Assembly (NCBI RefSeq): GCF_001194135.2
Contig: NC_068982.1
Coordinates: forward strand, 92,124,174 to 92,156,653
Direction: 5' to 3'
Length of the DNA: 32,480 nucleotides
From: Octopus bimaculoides
Lineage: Eukaryota
Positions 1 through 11,900 of this stretch are shown piece by piece (position 1 is the first letter of the stretch; the number at the start of each line of letters is the position of its first letter). Below the pieces are notes generated by a model. That model searched no databases. It worked only from the letters and a program-made list of their open reading frames with translations, and was not told the DNA's origin. The translations under genes were made by a program, and so were the position numbers.

Positions 1-314
1 ATGTGGTGCATAAATTGTCAAGTAAATGAGACGCATCTTTGCCTCCACTGATTCACTTGCAAAGTGTTGAGTAAAATTATTTCATTGCAGACCTCCTTTG
101 AGTCTTTTTATTATCACTGCGACACACATAGTCCCCAGTTGGTAACATTGATTTCAAGGCCTTCCCAGATGAGAGACTGGCATTCCACTTAATGTCTATG
201 TTCCATGCTGGCATGGATTGGAGAGTTATTAATGTAGAAATATGGTATCGTAGCTACTAACAGTTGAGGGTTGCGTAGTCTAGACAGCGTTTTTAGATTT
301 CATTATTCTCTTTA

Positions 315-344
315 ACCCGGGCAAAGCTGGGTATTTCTGCTAGT
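315..344 (+). mobile_element. Helitron-like 3' terminus
   Basis: Imperfect GC hairpin ACCCGGGC-AAA-GCTGGGT (315-332), then CTAG (340-343) followed by T. This is the Helitron 3' end pattern. Confidence 0.55.
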
Positions 345-400
345 TTTATATATAAACTAGCAGAGATATCCTGTCTTGTTTGGGATGAAAATGGCATCAT

Positions 401-600
401 TTCTTTATTGCTTTACTTGTTTCAGGAGCACTGCTTTTGGTCAAAAATATCGACCACAAGATTTGTAAGCCTAGTACTTATTCTATCAGTGTCTTTTGCC
501 ACACCTCTAAGTTATGGGAGCGTAAACACAGCAATATCGGTTGTCCAGCAATGGTGGGGGTACAAACACAGACACACACACACACACACACACAAATATG
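401..600 (-). mobile_element. tRNA-derived SINE, 3' part (degenerate copy of the family at 20355)
   Basis: Shares TTACTTGTTTCAG...GTAAGCCTAGTACTTATTCT...CAAACACAGACACAC with the copy at 20355-20721. Confidence 0.75.
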
Positions 601-748
601 CACATATATATGAGAGTCTTCTTTCTACACACATATGTATATATATATATATATATATACACACACATATATATATATTTATATACACACATATATACAT
701 ACATATACATATATATACGCATACATACATATATACATATATATATAC

Positions 749-809
<61 letters not shown>

Positions 810-843
810 ATAAACATACATATATATATGTGTGTGTATGTGT
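571..843. repeat. compound (CA)n/(TA)n/(TACA)n microsatellite
   Basis: Directly visible. It explains the YIYI/HTHT ORFs in the track. Confidence 0.95.
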
Positions 844-3267
844 AGTGGCTTCATGCAGGCATAGTGTAGATTTGATCCTCAATCACCAAATTTCACTTAA
901 CAACAGTTTTTCTGTGAGGTACAGCAGTTACTTTAGCCAGATGCCTTCGCCAAGCAGACTAATGTCTTTGCTACTTGACCCTTCTAACCTCTTCTAGGCA
1001 ACCAAAAGCTAGAATAGAGATAACAGACCGCCAACGAAATCTATTGTTCTCAACAATATGTCTATCCTTCTAGCTGGTTTTGGATAGTTATAAATACTGG
1101 AATTTGGTGAAGCAAAATCAGTTAGTGAATGGACAACTGGCAGCCACTAAAGACAAACGGCCAGAAGGAGAAAGAAAGTTACAATCAGTGACTATGAGAC
1201 ACAACGTCCCTCGACTCTCTCACTCTCACTGGCTCACTTTCTTTTCTCTAGAATTTTATTCAATCTCTATATGTAGGTTACTACTACACAATGATAAGAA
1301 CACAAACACTGACTATACAAGAAGTTAACTTCCTTTATCTTGCATTCCCTTCCACTTATATTATATCACACACACCTGCCTGTCGAGGTATGGCGCTATA
1401 TCATGTAATGGTAAATAAATATTTCTTTACAACTTCAATTACTATTCTTCTTCCATCTTGCTCATCTGTAACAGCAACACTTGATACAATCACTAACTTC
1501 CAGCTCCAACACATATCATAATGCAAACCATTACACTGGCAATCAACACCTCAATACCTATCGTTACATATATATATATACACACATAAATATATATATA
1601 CATATATATATATNNNNNNNNNNNNNNNNNNNNNNNNNNNNNNNNNNNNNNNNNNNNNNNNNNNNNNNNNNNNNNNNNNNNNNNNNNNNNNNNNNNNNNN
1701 NNNNNNNNNNNNNNNNNNNNNNNNNNNNNNNNNNNNNNNNNNNNNNNNNNNNNNNNNNNNNNNNNNNNNNNNNNNNNNNNNNNNNNNNNNNNNNNNNNNN
1801 NNNNNNNNNNNNNNNNNNNNNNNNNNNNNNNNNNNNNNNNNNNNNNNNNNNNNNNNNNNNNNNNNNNNNNNNNNNNNNNNNNNNNNNNNNNNNNNNNNNN
1901 NNNNNNNNNNNNNNNNNNNNNNNNNNNNNNNNNNNNNNNNNNNNNNNNNNNNNNNNNNNNNNNNNNNNNNNNNNNNNNNNNNNNNNNNNNNNNNNNNNNN
2001 NNNNNNNNNNNNNNNNNNNNNNNNNNNNNNNNNNNNNNNNNNNNNNNNNNNNNNNNNNNNNNNNNNNNNNNNNNNNNNNNNNNNNNNNNNNNNNNNNNNN
2101 NNNNNNNNNNNNNNNNNNNNNNNNNNNNNNNNNNNNNNNNNNNNNNNNNNNNNNNNNNNNNNNNNNNNNNNNNNNNNNNNNNNNNNNNNNNNNNNNNNNN
2201 NNNNNNNNNNNNNNNNNNNNNNNNNNNNNNNNNNNNNNNNNNNNNNNNNNNNNNNNNNNNNNNNNNNNNNNNNNNNNNNNNNNNNNNNNNNNNNNNNNNN
2301 NNNNNNNNNNNNNNNNNNNNNNNNNNNNNNNNNNNNNNNNNNNNNNNNNNNNNNNNNNNNNNNNNNNNNNNNNNNNNNNNNNNNNNNNNNNNNNNNNNNN
2401 NNNNNNNNNNNNNNNNNNNNATCTTGTCAAATATAGCACTGCCAAAGATAAAAATAAAAATAAAGATAATTATTATAACAACAATAATAATAATATTAAT
2501 AATAGTAATAAAAGAAATATTAAAAATAGGATAAGACAACCCATAGAAAATAATATTGATAATAATAATAATAATAGACAAAATAACAACTATTAAAATA
2601 ATAATAAAATAATTAGTAATAATAACAAAACTAACTGTAACAAAGAATATTATTGAATATGATATTAAAAATATGAATAATATCAGTAACCCTTATAAAG
2701 ACAATGGGATAGATACTTTATGGCTGATAATCTCTTTCGCTATGCAAATCAAAAATGACATAGTAAAAACAATTTTCAGTCTAATTAATAAACATTTTGC
2801 AAAAGGAAAAAACAAATATTGGGAGTTAATTAATAGCAAAACAATAAGAATATGATATAGCCTAACACATAACCTGGCTACCATAATCTCAATTAACAAT
2901 AGAAAACTGGACAATTTCTATATAAGTAGAAAAAATAACATATGTAATACAAACATAAATAAAAAACAACTGTAATAATTATTATAATATTGATAATAGA
3001 AATAATAACAATAATAATAATATAAATAACAATGGAAGTATTAATAATAATAGTAGTAATAATACTAACATGGATGATAATAATAGTATAAGCAATAATA
3101 ACATCATTGGGATCAACAATAACCAAAGAAATAGTAATAATATGATAGATATTAACATCATATTAACACGGTGGTGCATCAGCATGGCCGCAGCTCTAAG
3201 CTGAAACTTTAAAAAAAAAAAATTTTTTTTTAAATCAATCATATAAACTGTGCACCAACGAAGAACA

Positions 3268-3688
3268 TGTAATTGTAGAATAAGTAATAATTGTGTGTTT
3301 AAAAGTAACTGCATTAAAAAAGGAGGTAGTATATCAATGTATAGTAAGCACAAAATATGATAGTAGGGTGTATGTGGGTGCGACTAAAAACATTATGATA
3401 CAGAAACTTAATTATCACAATTATACGTTTAGAAACAGAAATAGGAGAACTTCTACTGGGTTAAGTAGCTACATATGGGAACTTAAAGATAGGGGTATTA
3501 ACTATAATTTACACTGGAAAATATTAGCTTCTGCACCTGCGTACAATAATAGAAATAGAAAATGCTTATTATGCAACAATGAAATCTTTTTTTTAATTAG
3601 GGCCAAAATTCCGCTTATTAACAACTTGAATGAACGTAACGTGTCCTGTCTTCATAAAATTGGGTATACCTTATCTAAATATAAATAG
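3268..3688 (+). pseudogene. GIY-YIG endonuclease domain of Penelope-like element (frameshifted)
   Basis: CNCRISNNCVFKSNC in one frame, then a +1 shift near the A-run at ~3316-3321 into VVYQC..VYVGAT..H..F...T.LSSYIWELK...CLLCNNE...C.H, stop at 3686-3688. Confidence 0.85.
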
Positions 3689-3836
3689 AACCCAGTATTG
3701 AAATACTACTTCTGACGTAGCAGTAATTAGTTAGAGTTAACCATTATTAATATTTCATACTGTAGCTAACATATGATAATTGTGCAGATATATTAATATA
3801 AATAGAACCTAATACTGAAATACCACTTCTGACATA
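3681..3836 (+). repeat. ~39-bp imperfect direct repeat, period 117 bp, at the PLE 3' end
   Basis: ATAAATAGAACCCAGTATTGAAATACTACTTCTGACGTA (3681) versus ATAAATAGAACCTAATACTGAAATACCACTTCTGACATA (3798). Confidence 0.8.
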
Positions 3837-4046
3837 ANNNNNNNNNNNNNNNNNNNNNNNNNNNNNNNNNNNNNNNNNNNNNNNNNNNNNNNNNNNNNNN
3901 NNNNNNNNNNNNNNNNNNNNNNNNNNNNNNNNNNNNNNNNNNNNNNNNNNNNNNNNNNNNNNNNNNNNNNNNNNNNNNNNNNNNNNNNNNNNNNNNNNNN
4001 NNNNNNNNNNNNNNNNNNNNNNNNNNNNNNNNNNNNNNNNNNNNNN

Positions 4047-4400
4047 AAATATATGTATGCTAAGATAAATATATATATGTGATTGTTTTATGCTGATATT
4101 TTTGTGTATGAGGATATGTGTATGTAAGTATGTATATGTGTATATATGTATGTAGTTGTATAGGTGTGTACGCATATACATGTATATGTATGTATATAGA
4201 TGATTGTATATATGAGGGTGTGCATGTAGATATGTATGTACATATATATATGTATGTATGTATTATATATGCATGAGTATGTATGGACTCTGGTATGTAA
4301 CACCATATTTAACCAGGGTTTGGATTGATTGATTGATTGGTGTGTCAATTAATTATTTAGTTAATTGATTTGTTGATTGATTGGTGGACTGATGGATTGG
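4047..4400. repeat. degenerate (TATG)n and (GATT)n simple repeats
   Basis: Directly visible. Confidence 0.85.
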
Positions 4401-5057
4401 TTAATTACTCGTTAGATTAATAAGTTATTGAGGATACTCAAATCTAGGGTTACCTCCCTTCACTCATATTTGGAAAATAAAAAAGTGTCTCAAATATAAA
4501 CATAACAGTAGAAGTGATTAGATATATCGCTAATTTTATGAATAACTACCTTAGGAGTTTATTAGTTAAGTGACTCAACTATATAGGGAATCCTGCTGTC
4601 AGACATAATAGATTTTAAACATAATTTGAGGCAATTTGTCGTGTACAATAAGTTTTGATCGTATTTTTACCAAAAAATAACTACAATTTGAAAATATATA
4701 GGTATAATTTATATATGAAGGAGTTTTAGTGAGTAATCGGAGATTGAATTCTAGACGTAATCTTAGCGATTAACGACAACATACTGGGAAGATATATACG
4801 ATCAGTTTTATTGTTTTGTTATTTTGCCCCTTGTTTTAGTTTGGTCTAACTAACTTCCGGCATGTGTTTTATTTAATCCCCATTGAAGTTAGTAAATATA
4901 GTAGTAACTCAAAATAAAATTATCTCTTATATATTATATTATATTAAATATTATCCCCGGAATGTCGTATAAGTGTTAATTGGATTTGTAACAATTTATC
5001 TCTCATATGTATTATACTTAAATTATATACCCTTAGTATAACTCTTTAACCTTTTAT

Positions 5058-5111
5058 TCCGATATGTACATATATGTATATGGTATGAGTATGTACGTGT
5101 GTGTGTGTGTG

Positions 5112-5177
<66 letters not shown>

Positions 5178-5240
5178 TATATATATATATGTGTATATGT
5201 ATGTATGTTTGTATGTATGTATGTATGTATGTATACAAAT
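5058..5240. repeat. (GT)n(AT)n(ATGT)n microsatellite
   Basis: Directly visible. Confidence 0.95.
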
Positions 5241-5286
5241 GGATATTTATATCCGCATATAAACTTTCCGATAATTTGTTTAGTCT

Positions 5287-5433
5287 GGCTGTGTGGTAAG
5301 TAGCTTGCTTACGAACCACATGGTTCCAGGTTCAGTCCCACTGCGTGGCACCTTGGGCAAGTGTCTTCTACTATAGCCTCGGGCCGCCCAAAGCCTTGTG
5401 AGTGGATTTGGTAGACGGAAACTGAAAGAAGCC
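5287..5433 (+). mobile_element. tRNA-derived SINE, 5' part
   Basis: GGCTGTGTGGTAAG (A-box-like)...GGTTCAGTCCC (B-box-like)...CCTTGGGCAAGTGTCTTCTACTATAGCC. It is the reverse complement of the copy at 20600-21327. Confidence 0.85.
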
Positions 5434-5584
5434 AATTACCCATGGTTGAAATTTCATCAACAGCGAAAATTTATGAGTTTTCATAGGTGTTCTGTCCCCT
5501 TTAAGCCATCTCAAATTCAAACCAAACATACTGCATTATACCTGCCCTTATGCATTGAATCTAAGTTCCAAATATCATAAGGAT

Positions 5585-5749
5585 CCATTCAGTAATTTTG
5601 GTTCAGGAAATTGTATGAAACACACAGTATTACCCTTCTCCCTAGGCTTGGATTTTGTGTTCCAAATTTCATTAGGATTGATGCAGTAGTTTTTGAATGT
5701 ATAAGTAACACACAAACACACATAAAGACATTGACTTTTATATAATAGA
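5585..5749 (-). mobile_element. non-autonomous Helitron 5' end (Lep1/DINE-like)
   Basis: Minus strand reads A|TCTATTATATAAAAG...TGTGTGTTTGTGTG...AAAACTACTGCATCAATCCTAATGAAATTTGG: 5' TC after A, then a microsatellite and a conserved-looking block like that at 32132. Confidence 0.6.
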
Positions 5750-5929
5750 TATGAATATGCACATATACATACATGTATATGTGTGTGTTATATATATATA
5801 TATATAGTGGATCGAACTTCATGCATGCAAGATCCACTACATATGTATATATATATACACACACACAAAAAGATAGATTGATAGATACAACTGAGTGGGC
5901 AAACAAAAATATGAGACACTGCCCATGCT

Positions 5930-6358
5930 GGGGGGAGGGGGTGTTAAAAGCATCTTTTGAGCTTTGGGCCTCACAGAGGTAAAGTGGCAAATGCCAGTAT
6001 CATGTACTAGTGCCCTTGCCAGTGGCATGTAAAATGCACTTTTCAAGCATTGGGCTTCATGGAGTCAATGACAAATGACCAAGACTTTTGGCAATATGCC
6101 ATGTTTGAGAAGAAGACCCATCAAGCCTAGTGAAATCGTAGTTATGGTGGGTATTGGTGTCATGCAACTGGCACCCGTGCCAGTGACATGTAAGAGCACC
6201 CATTACATTCTTGGAGTGGTTGACATTAGGAAGGGCATCCAGCTATAGAAATCATGCCAAATCAGACTGGAGTCTGGTGCAGCCCGTCAGCTTACCAGAG
6301 CTAGTCAAACTGTCCAGCCTGTGCCAGTATGGACAATGAACATTAAATGATGATGATT
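5930..6358 (+). mobile_element. RTE-LINE-type 3' end / related SINE with (GAT)n tail
   Basis: AGGAAGGGCATCCAGC...CCAGTATGGACAATGAACATTAAATGATGATGAT. It is the reverse complement of the family at 18801, with internal GTGCCAGTG.CATGTAA repeats. Confidence 0.65.
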
Positions 6359-7707
6359 GCACAAAAAAATTGGCTAAAATCAAGCCAGATGGAAGTAGGG
6401 AGGGGGCGTTTGAAAAAAGAAAACATTAATTTTCCCAAATTATGTTTCATGAAAAGCTTTCCCCCATCAAATTCAAGGCCATGGTAAAAAGAAAAAAATA
6501 GAAAAATCCCTATCAAAACAGAGAAAATCCAACTTATGTGGATGTCCTGATCCAGAACTCTGCTGCAACATGTCATGTCCTATGGAACTTGTGCTTTCAG
6601 TGTTTTATGATTATGTCAGTATCTCTGCTCCATTCTCTAGCAGAAATCATTTAGGTATATTCTAAAGCTTAAAGTATACCAAATAGCCATACTAACAGAT
6701 TCACCTCTTGTATTTTTCTTGTTCTTTTCTTTTCCAAATTATGCTGGTATCTCTGGAAAATTGCATCTTATTAAATAGTATTCATTGAATAAATTCCAGA
6801 AGAGAAAGGGTGGTTTATTCCTTGAAGATTTTTGTCTCCTCAACATAATTGTAATCTGTGTCATCAAAACATACAGAATGACAAAGTTGAGATGTGTGAA
6901 ATATTGCCTCCACCCCTTTTTCACACTAAATTCTCAAACAAACATAATCTACACCATCTGAAAGGTATTTCTAGCAAATTTCACTGCAAAATACCCATTT
7001 TTCTGAACTTTATGAGGAAACAAAGCCAATCCATGTAAATTATCCAAAATTCCTCTTCCACTCTCTCTGAAAATTTTTCTCACAGCAAATTCTTATATAA
7101 TCATAATCTACATTATCTGAAATGGATTTATAGAAAATTTCATTTAAAAATATCCGTTTTTCAGAAAGTTATCAGGAAACAAATTTAGGGGTCACACTTC
7201 TGCAGCTATGTTTCAAAACATATTTCTAATGTGCAGGGGACAATTTGGTCAACTAAAACTTAACCTTGGGCCCCAGCATGGCTACCATCCAATTGGTGAA
7301 ACAAGTAATAAAAATGTCATTCAAGATACCTTGTACCTTAAAATATATATAAAAGAGGGTGGTCATATATGTATATCATTTCTTATAGGTCTACAGGATC
7401 AATGTTGACCTAGGATTAAATAACAAAAGCCAGGGACAGACACACGTGCAAGCATTTGTATGTGTACAGCTGTCACCCAAAATGCTAGAAATAACAGCAG
7501 TATATCTCATCAATACAAATCTCATTGTTATATTAATCCCTAAAAAGGAGGGAGGAAGACATCCTCAAATCAGATTTGGCCTGAATACTTGCAAGAGAGT
7601 GGGCTTTATTAAAGTTTCCCAAGGTGCCAGTTGGGGTATTAAACTCTGGGATTTGAATTCAGAATGCAAAGAGCCACAGCAAATACTACAAGGCCTGATA
7701 TTCTTAA

Positions 7708-7884
7708 CCTTTTAGCATTCAGACTTCTTTGTCAAATGTAATACTTATTTATTCACATTCTTTAAAGTTAATCCTTTGAGTTTTTAAAGTTATGATTGTT
7801 TATTTTTAGCATAACATTGTAGGATATGTGCAAGCGGCTGGATCTGGCCAGTTTGAACATAAAACAGGTTTAAATGCTAAAAGG
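7708..7884. mobile_element. piggyBac-type MITE
   Basis: Perfect 12-bp TIR CCTTTTAGCATT / AATGCTAAAAGG flanked by TTAA on both sides (7704-7707, 7885-7888). Confidence 0.8.
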
Positions 7885-7919
7885 TTAAAGTTCCATCAAT
7901 TCACCATTTGTACCTGTGA

Positions 7920-8400
7920 AATGCAATCTAAATATAATGTAATGATCTAATCTCATTTTCCATTAATTCATGATATTTATAAATATCCATATGATATAAA
8001 ATACCAGTTGTGCCCGAAGGCACAATAATTCCCTTTTTGCTCTTATTTTTAAGTTCACATACTAAAGCCTTCATTTTCAACAAATGTTCATTACTTCTAA
8101 GGGGATATTTGACAAACTTTGTATTCTTGACGATGTTCTATATATCCTTTTCGAAAGCCTCCAAATAGTGGTTAGGAGGTGGAAATTTTCTGGTTTTGAA
8201 GTTCTTATAAATTTCATAATCTTCATTGAGGGGGTTTCTTTCTTTAACAATATCCTTTCCGTAGTGAAAAGTGATCCAACATATTCTATGTATGAATGCG
8301 AAAGTCTTAGTAATAAGGTCTAATAAATAAATAAAAAGTATTGCATATAAATAAATCATTAGTTGTAATACTAGAAGTAGGTTTTTTTTGAACATGCATA
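7920..8400 (-). pseudogene. Penelope-like element N-terminal (pre-RT) region, Naiad-like type
   Basis: Minus frame reads LDLITKTFAFIHRICWITF...NFKTRKFPPPNHYLEAFEKDI*NIVKNTKF...GIIVPSGTTGILYHMDIYKYHELMENEI. This parallels LI.K...FIKRMRWKA / GFK....PP....L..FE.DL / V.ADKT.N.Y.M...Y..LL..NI of this PLE type. Confidence 0.65.
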
Positions 8401-8896
8401 GGCACATCTAGAGAATGAATATTTATTTACACTTTTTATTACCATCTCTAGATTAAGGAAGACCCTGATATTAAATTCATTTATATACTTATATATTATT
8501 GTTGTATGTTATTTAAATAGCCAAAGATTCTCTTCAACCTAAACGAATTTGGATTAATATTATTTGAGATATATAGACAGATATTTCAATAGTTGTAGAT
8601 ATTATTTGCTTAATTATTTTGTCCCATGTAATTTTTTTTTTTAATTGTTATGTAGTTGAAAAGTTAATGCTCACACTCCTAAACATAGGCATTTGAATCA
8701 ATTTTTTTGCAATCTGGCTGTCCTTTCACATGGAATTTCATCTGTCTTTTGAACCAAAACCCTGAAGAGACTTATATACAGGGATATGAATGGTTTATAA
8801 ATTGAAGAATGTATATAAGTTGAAACAAATTCTTGGCTTTTTTGAATTTTTAATAATTTTTTATGTTATCTTATATTATATTATATTATATTCATA

Positions 8897-8960
8897 GTGT
8901 GGAGGCGCAACGACCCAGTGGTTAGGGCAGTGGACTCGCGGTCATAGGTTGTAGGTTTCC
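8897..8960 (+). mobile_element. truncated tRNA-like SINE head (second family)
   Basis: GGAGGCGCAACGACCCAGTGGTTAGGGCAGTGGACTCGCGGTC: A-box-like start, cut off within the B-box. Confidence 0.6.
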
Positions 8961-9094
8961 GCCCCAAAATCCGAAACTCAGAGTTTTATCATGGCTACTG
9001 AATAATTGTCACATATTATATTTACAGATAAATTCCTCTATTTACATAATATCGAAGTCTCTTTCATTCTTTTGTTGTCTTACCATTTCTATCA

Positions 9095-9345
9095 ATATGT
9101 ATATATGTATGTATATATATATATATATATACATATGTATATATATATATATGTATGTATGTATATATATATGTATATATATATATATGTGAATATATAT
9201 ATGTATGTATATATATATATACATTTGAGTACTCTTTTTTCCACCTTGTTGCACATTTCATGTGCTTACTCCGGTATATGTATATATATATATATATGTA
9301 TGTACATATATATATGTAGATATATATATGTATGTATGTATGTGT
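9095..9345. repeat. (TA)n/(TATG)n microsatellite
   Basis: Directly visible. Confidence 0.9.
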
Positions 9346-11088
9346 GTATCCTCTTTACTTCAAATACATGGAAAGGGCCTCACTAAACATGAAATTGACT
9401 ATTTATCCCATTTTAAATACAGACCTAGTCTATTCTACGGATTACCTAAAATATACAAAAATCCACATATTTTTAAAGCTTGCAAAGTCTCTCCAAGCCT
9501 ATGCATTAGTGTTCCTCCCCCTACTGACCTCAAACTGAGACCCACCATTGCTGGCCCTGCTTGTGAAACCCACCATTTGAGCAACTTCCTCGACTTCTTA
9601 CTCAAACCGTTTCTAAAATATGTGAAAAACTTCATCAGGGATGACTTAGATATGCTAAACCACCTCCCGAAGATAATAAGTGAAGGAACCCTGTTAGTAT
9701 CATTCGATGTGGTGAATTTGTACACCAATATCCTACATGATTATGGTATAGAAGTGATCACCTTCTGGCTAGAAAAATACCCAGAAGAGATCCCAGGATG
9801 CATCAACCACAGATTCATAATCGCAACACTCAAATTCATCCTACTGAACAACTATTTTATGTTTGATACAGTTTACTATCGACAAAAATGTGGAATTGCA
9901 ATGGGAACCCAAGTCGCTCCAGTGATTGCGAACCTTGTAATGGGCTTAAAATATATCAATCATCACTGCAAAAATATGGCACCTCTTTTCATTGCTATTT
10001 AAAAGAGAACTGGAAGAGGTATTTGGATGATTGCTTTATACTTTAGAAAGACAGCATGGACAAACTCCTCAATTTCAAAATAATGCTGAACAATATTAAT
10101 AGCAATTCACCATGGAACACAGCAGTAAACAACTCCCTTTTCTTGACATCCTAATTAGAATAGTCAATAACCACATCGAAACAGACATCTTCTATAAACC
10201 CACAGATTCTAAACAATACCTATTATTCAACTCATGCCACCCCAAACACATAAAAATTAACATACCTTATAATCTAGTGAAAAGAATCTGTACCATAGTT
10301 TCGGACACCTACACTCGTGAATAAAGACTCCTTGAACTCAGATCAATACTAATCAAAAGACATTACCCAATATCATTAATAAATGATGGAATTAAACAAG
10401 CTAAGGAAATAGATATACAAACATTAAGGGAAGTCAACCGAAATACTAAACCAGACTTAAAAATACTCCCATACATCTCCACACATAACCCTAGAAACAA
10501 TGAAGCCTTTAACATTATCATCCAAAACCTACTCATCCTCACAAGAGATTAAACAATGAACAAAATTTTAGGCTCAAACAAAATTATCAAAAGTAAAATG
10601 CAACCTAAATCACTGAAAAAAATATTAACCAGCACAAGACTATATCCATTAACAACAGAACCAAAAGTGAAAAAATGTGGTCGACCTAACTGTGGTACTT
10701 GCCCCCGCCTTTTGGAGGGTTCAGAGTTCCACTTTAAACAAGGTGAAATATTTAAGATTAAATCAAATTTCACCTGTGCCTTGGAAAATCTAATCTGTGC
10801 ATTACATGCTTAGGGTGTGATAATAATTATATTGGCCAAACAGGAATATCACTCCATCGAAAAACCACTCTCCACAAAGAACAAATCCGCCACCCACAAT
10901 ACAGACAGATACAGGTCAATGGACACATAGAAAGATGTGCAAGGAATCTTTATCCTAATTTCCTAATTTTTCCCATCTATCAATGTTCACAGAACACCTC
11001 AATACGACAAAGAATGAATAAAGAGGCAACTTTCATCAATAAATATCTTCCACAACTAAATATGAATAACAATACAGAACACTACTAA
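9345..11088 (+). pseudogene. Penelope-like element (Neptune-type) RT plus GIY-YIG ORF, disrupted
   Basis: FYGLPKIYK, LRPTIAG, LVSFDVVNLYTNI, GIAMGTQVAP.IANL.MG, RYLDD (~10016), LPFLDI, YKPTD..QYL.F.SCHP, KCGRPNCGTCP zinc motif, and after a frameshift near 10797 ITC.GC.NNYIGQT...H...H...LN, stop at 11086-11088. Several stops and frameshifts. Confidence 0.92.
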
Positions 11089-11252
11089 CCTTTCAATTAA
11101 TACCACTAACCCCCATACATCCCATGCACCTTTCACATTACAGATCTATATCTACCCTAATTGCACCAAATCCAGAACTACTTGCCTCCCTTACACATAA
11201 TCATTTTACTCAGGGACTAGTAGACCTGACACTGTTCATTAATCAGTGTGCA

Positions 11253-11298
11253 TTCAAAGCAATGATTTGTAACATTACGAAACCAGTATGCTTTTGAA
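11253..11298 (+). ncRNA. decayed minimal type-I hammerhead ribozyme in PLE 3' repeat
   Basis: TTCAAAGCA [ATGATTT] GTA-ACAT-TAC GAAA CCAGT A TGCTTTTGAA. Stems I and II, GAAA and the GUA site are in hammerhead order, but the core differs from CTGANGA at 3 positions. Confidence 0.5.
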
Positions 11299-11550
11299 TC
11301 TCTTTTACACTTCACAATAATGACTTTCATTACTTTTATTCCTACCTCAGTTCATCTAATTGTATATATCTATCGTTACTTTTCATAAAAAGCCTTTACC
11401 TTTTTTGATTTCCAATGTGCATTTTTGCTTATTTTTCTTCTTACTACCCCTTACATTTCCACGTGTAGTTTCCATTTTGTTTTTGTAACATATTTCTATT
11501 ATATATTTATATATACATATGTGTGTATATTTATCTATCTATTTATATAT

Positions 11551-11900
11551 CATCATCATCATCATCATCATCATTTTCATCATTTAACGTCCATATTTTA
11601 TACTAGCACTGGCTGGACAGTTGGACTGGATTAGATAAGCCAGAGATCTGTATCAAACTCCAATGTCAGCTTTAATAAGGTTTCTATAACTAGATACTCT
11701 TACCAATGTTAACCAATTTACAGAGTGTTTTGAGTGCTGTTTTTTTTTTTTTAATGACACTAGAACCACTAGAGTTACCAAGTAATTTGTAAGGCAGAAC
11801 CCCTTGATAGAATGGAGATGCAGTATTAAGGGAGGTTGTTTTGTGCCAGTTGTAGAGAGAGACAGGAAAAGATGTCTTACTGTAGAGGAGATACATGGTT
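11551..11900 (-). mobile_element. degenerate RTE-type 3' end with (GAT)n tail
   Basis: (CAT)n followed by TTTAACGTCC..., same family as 18801. Confidence 0.6.

Larger units (their letters stand above)
2421..3837 (+). mobile_element. Penelope-like retroelement, 3' part (Naiad-like type), degenerate, with Asn-rich (AAT)n expansions
   Basis: 2673-2910 reads LWLIISFAMQIKNDIVKTIFSLINKHF..NSKTIRI*YSLTHNLATIISINNRKL, matching the WFNPP..IDKHF..NTIKVSYSC..N..II..HN linker of this PLE type. CNCR..C..C at 3268-3312, then GIY-YIG domain. The RT would lie in the gap upstream. Confidence 0.75.

Noticed and set aside
408-997. ORFs rich in YI/HT/CV (also near 5023-5319, 9006-9386, 29687-30163)
   Set aside because: They are translations of (TA)n, (CA)n and (TATG)n microsatellites.
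1024-1560. Short ORFs 1080-1328 and 1291-1521
   Set aside because: No recognisable motif or splice structure; left unannotated.
1481-2596. Long ORFs spanning N-runs (also 3747-4181, 19555-19848, 20537-21481)
   Set aside because: Artefacts of reading through assembly gaps.
2853-2855. In-frame TGA in a Naiad-like PLE as possible selenocysteine
   Set aside because: It aligns to the Ser/Gly position of I.VSYSC rather than a Cys, the copy has other frameshifts, and I saw no SECIS-like hairpin. A nonsense mutation is simpler.
5287-5360. tRNA genes (also 8897-8960, 26530-26600)
   Set aside because: A/B-box-like heads run into repeat bodies and do not form cloverleafs; they are SINEs.
8961-9000. 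CGAAACTCAGAGTT as a second hammerhead
   Set aside because: Only a possible 3' half is present. There is no CTGANGA or stem I partner upstream, where a SINE head abuts.
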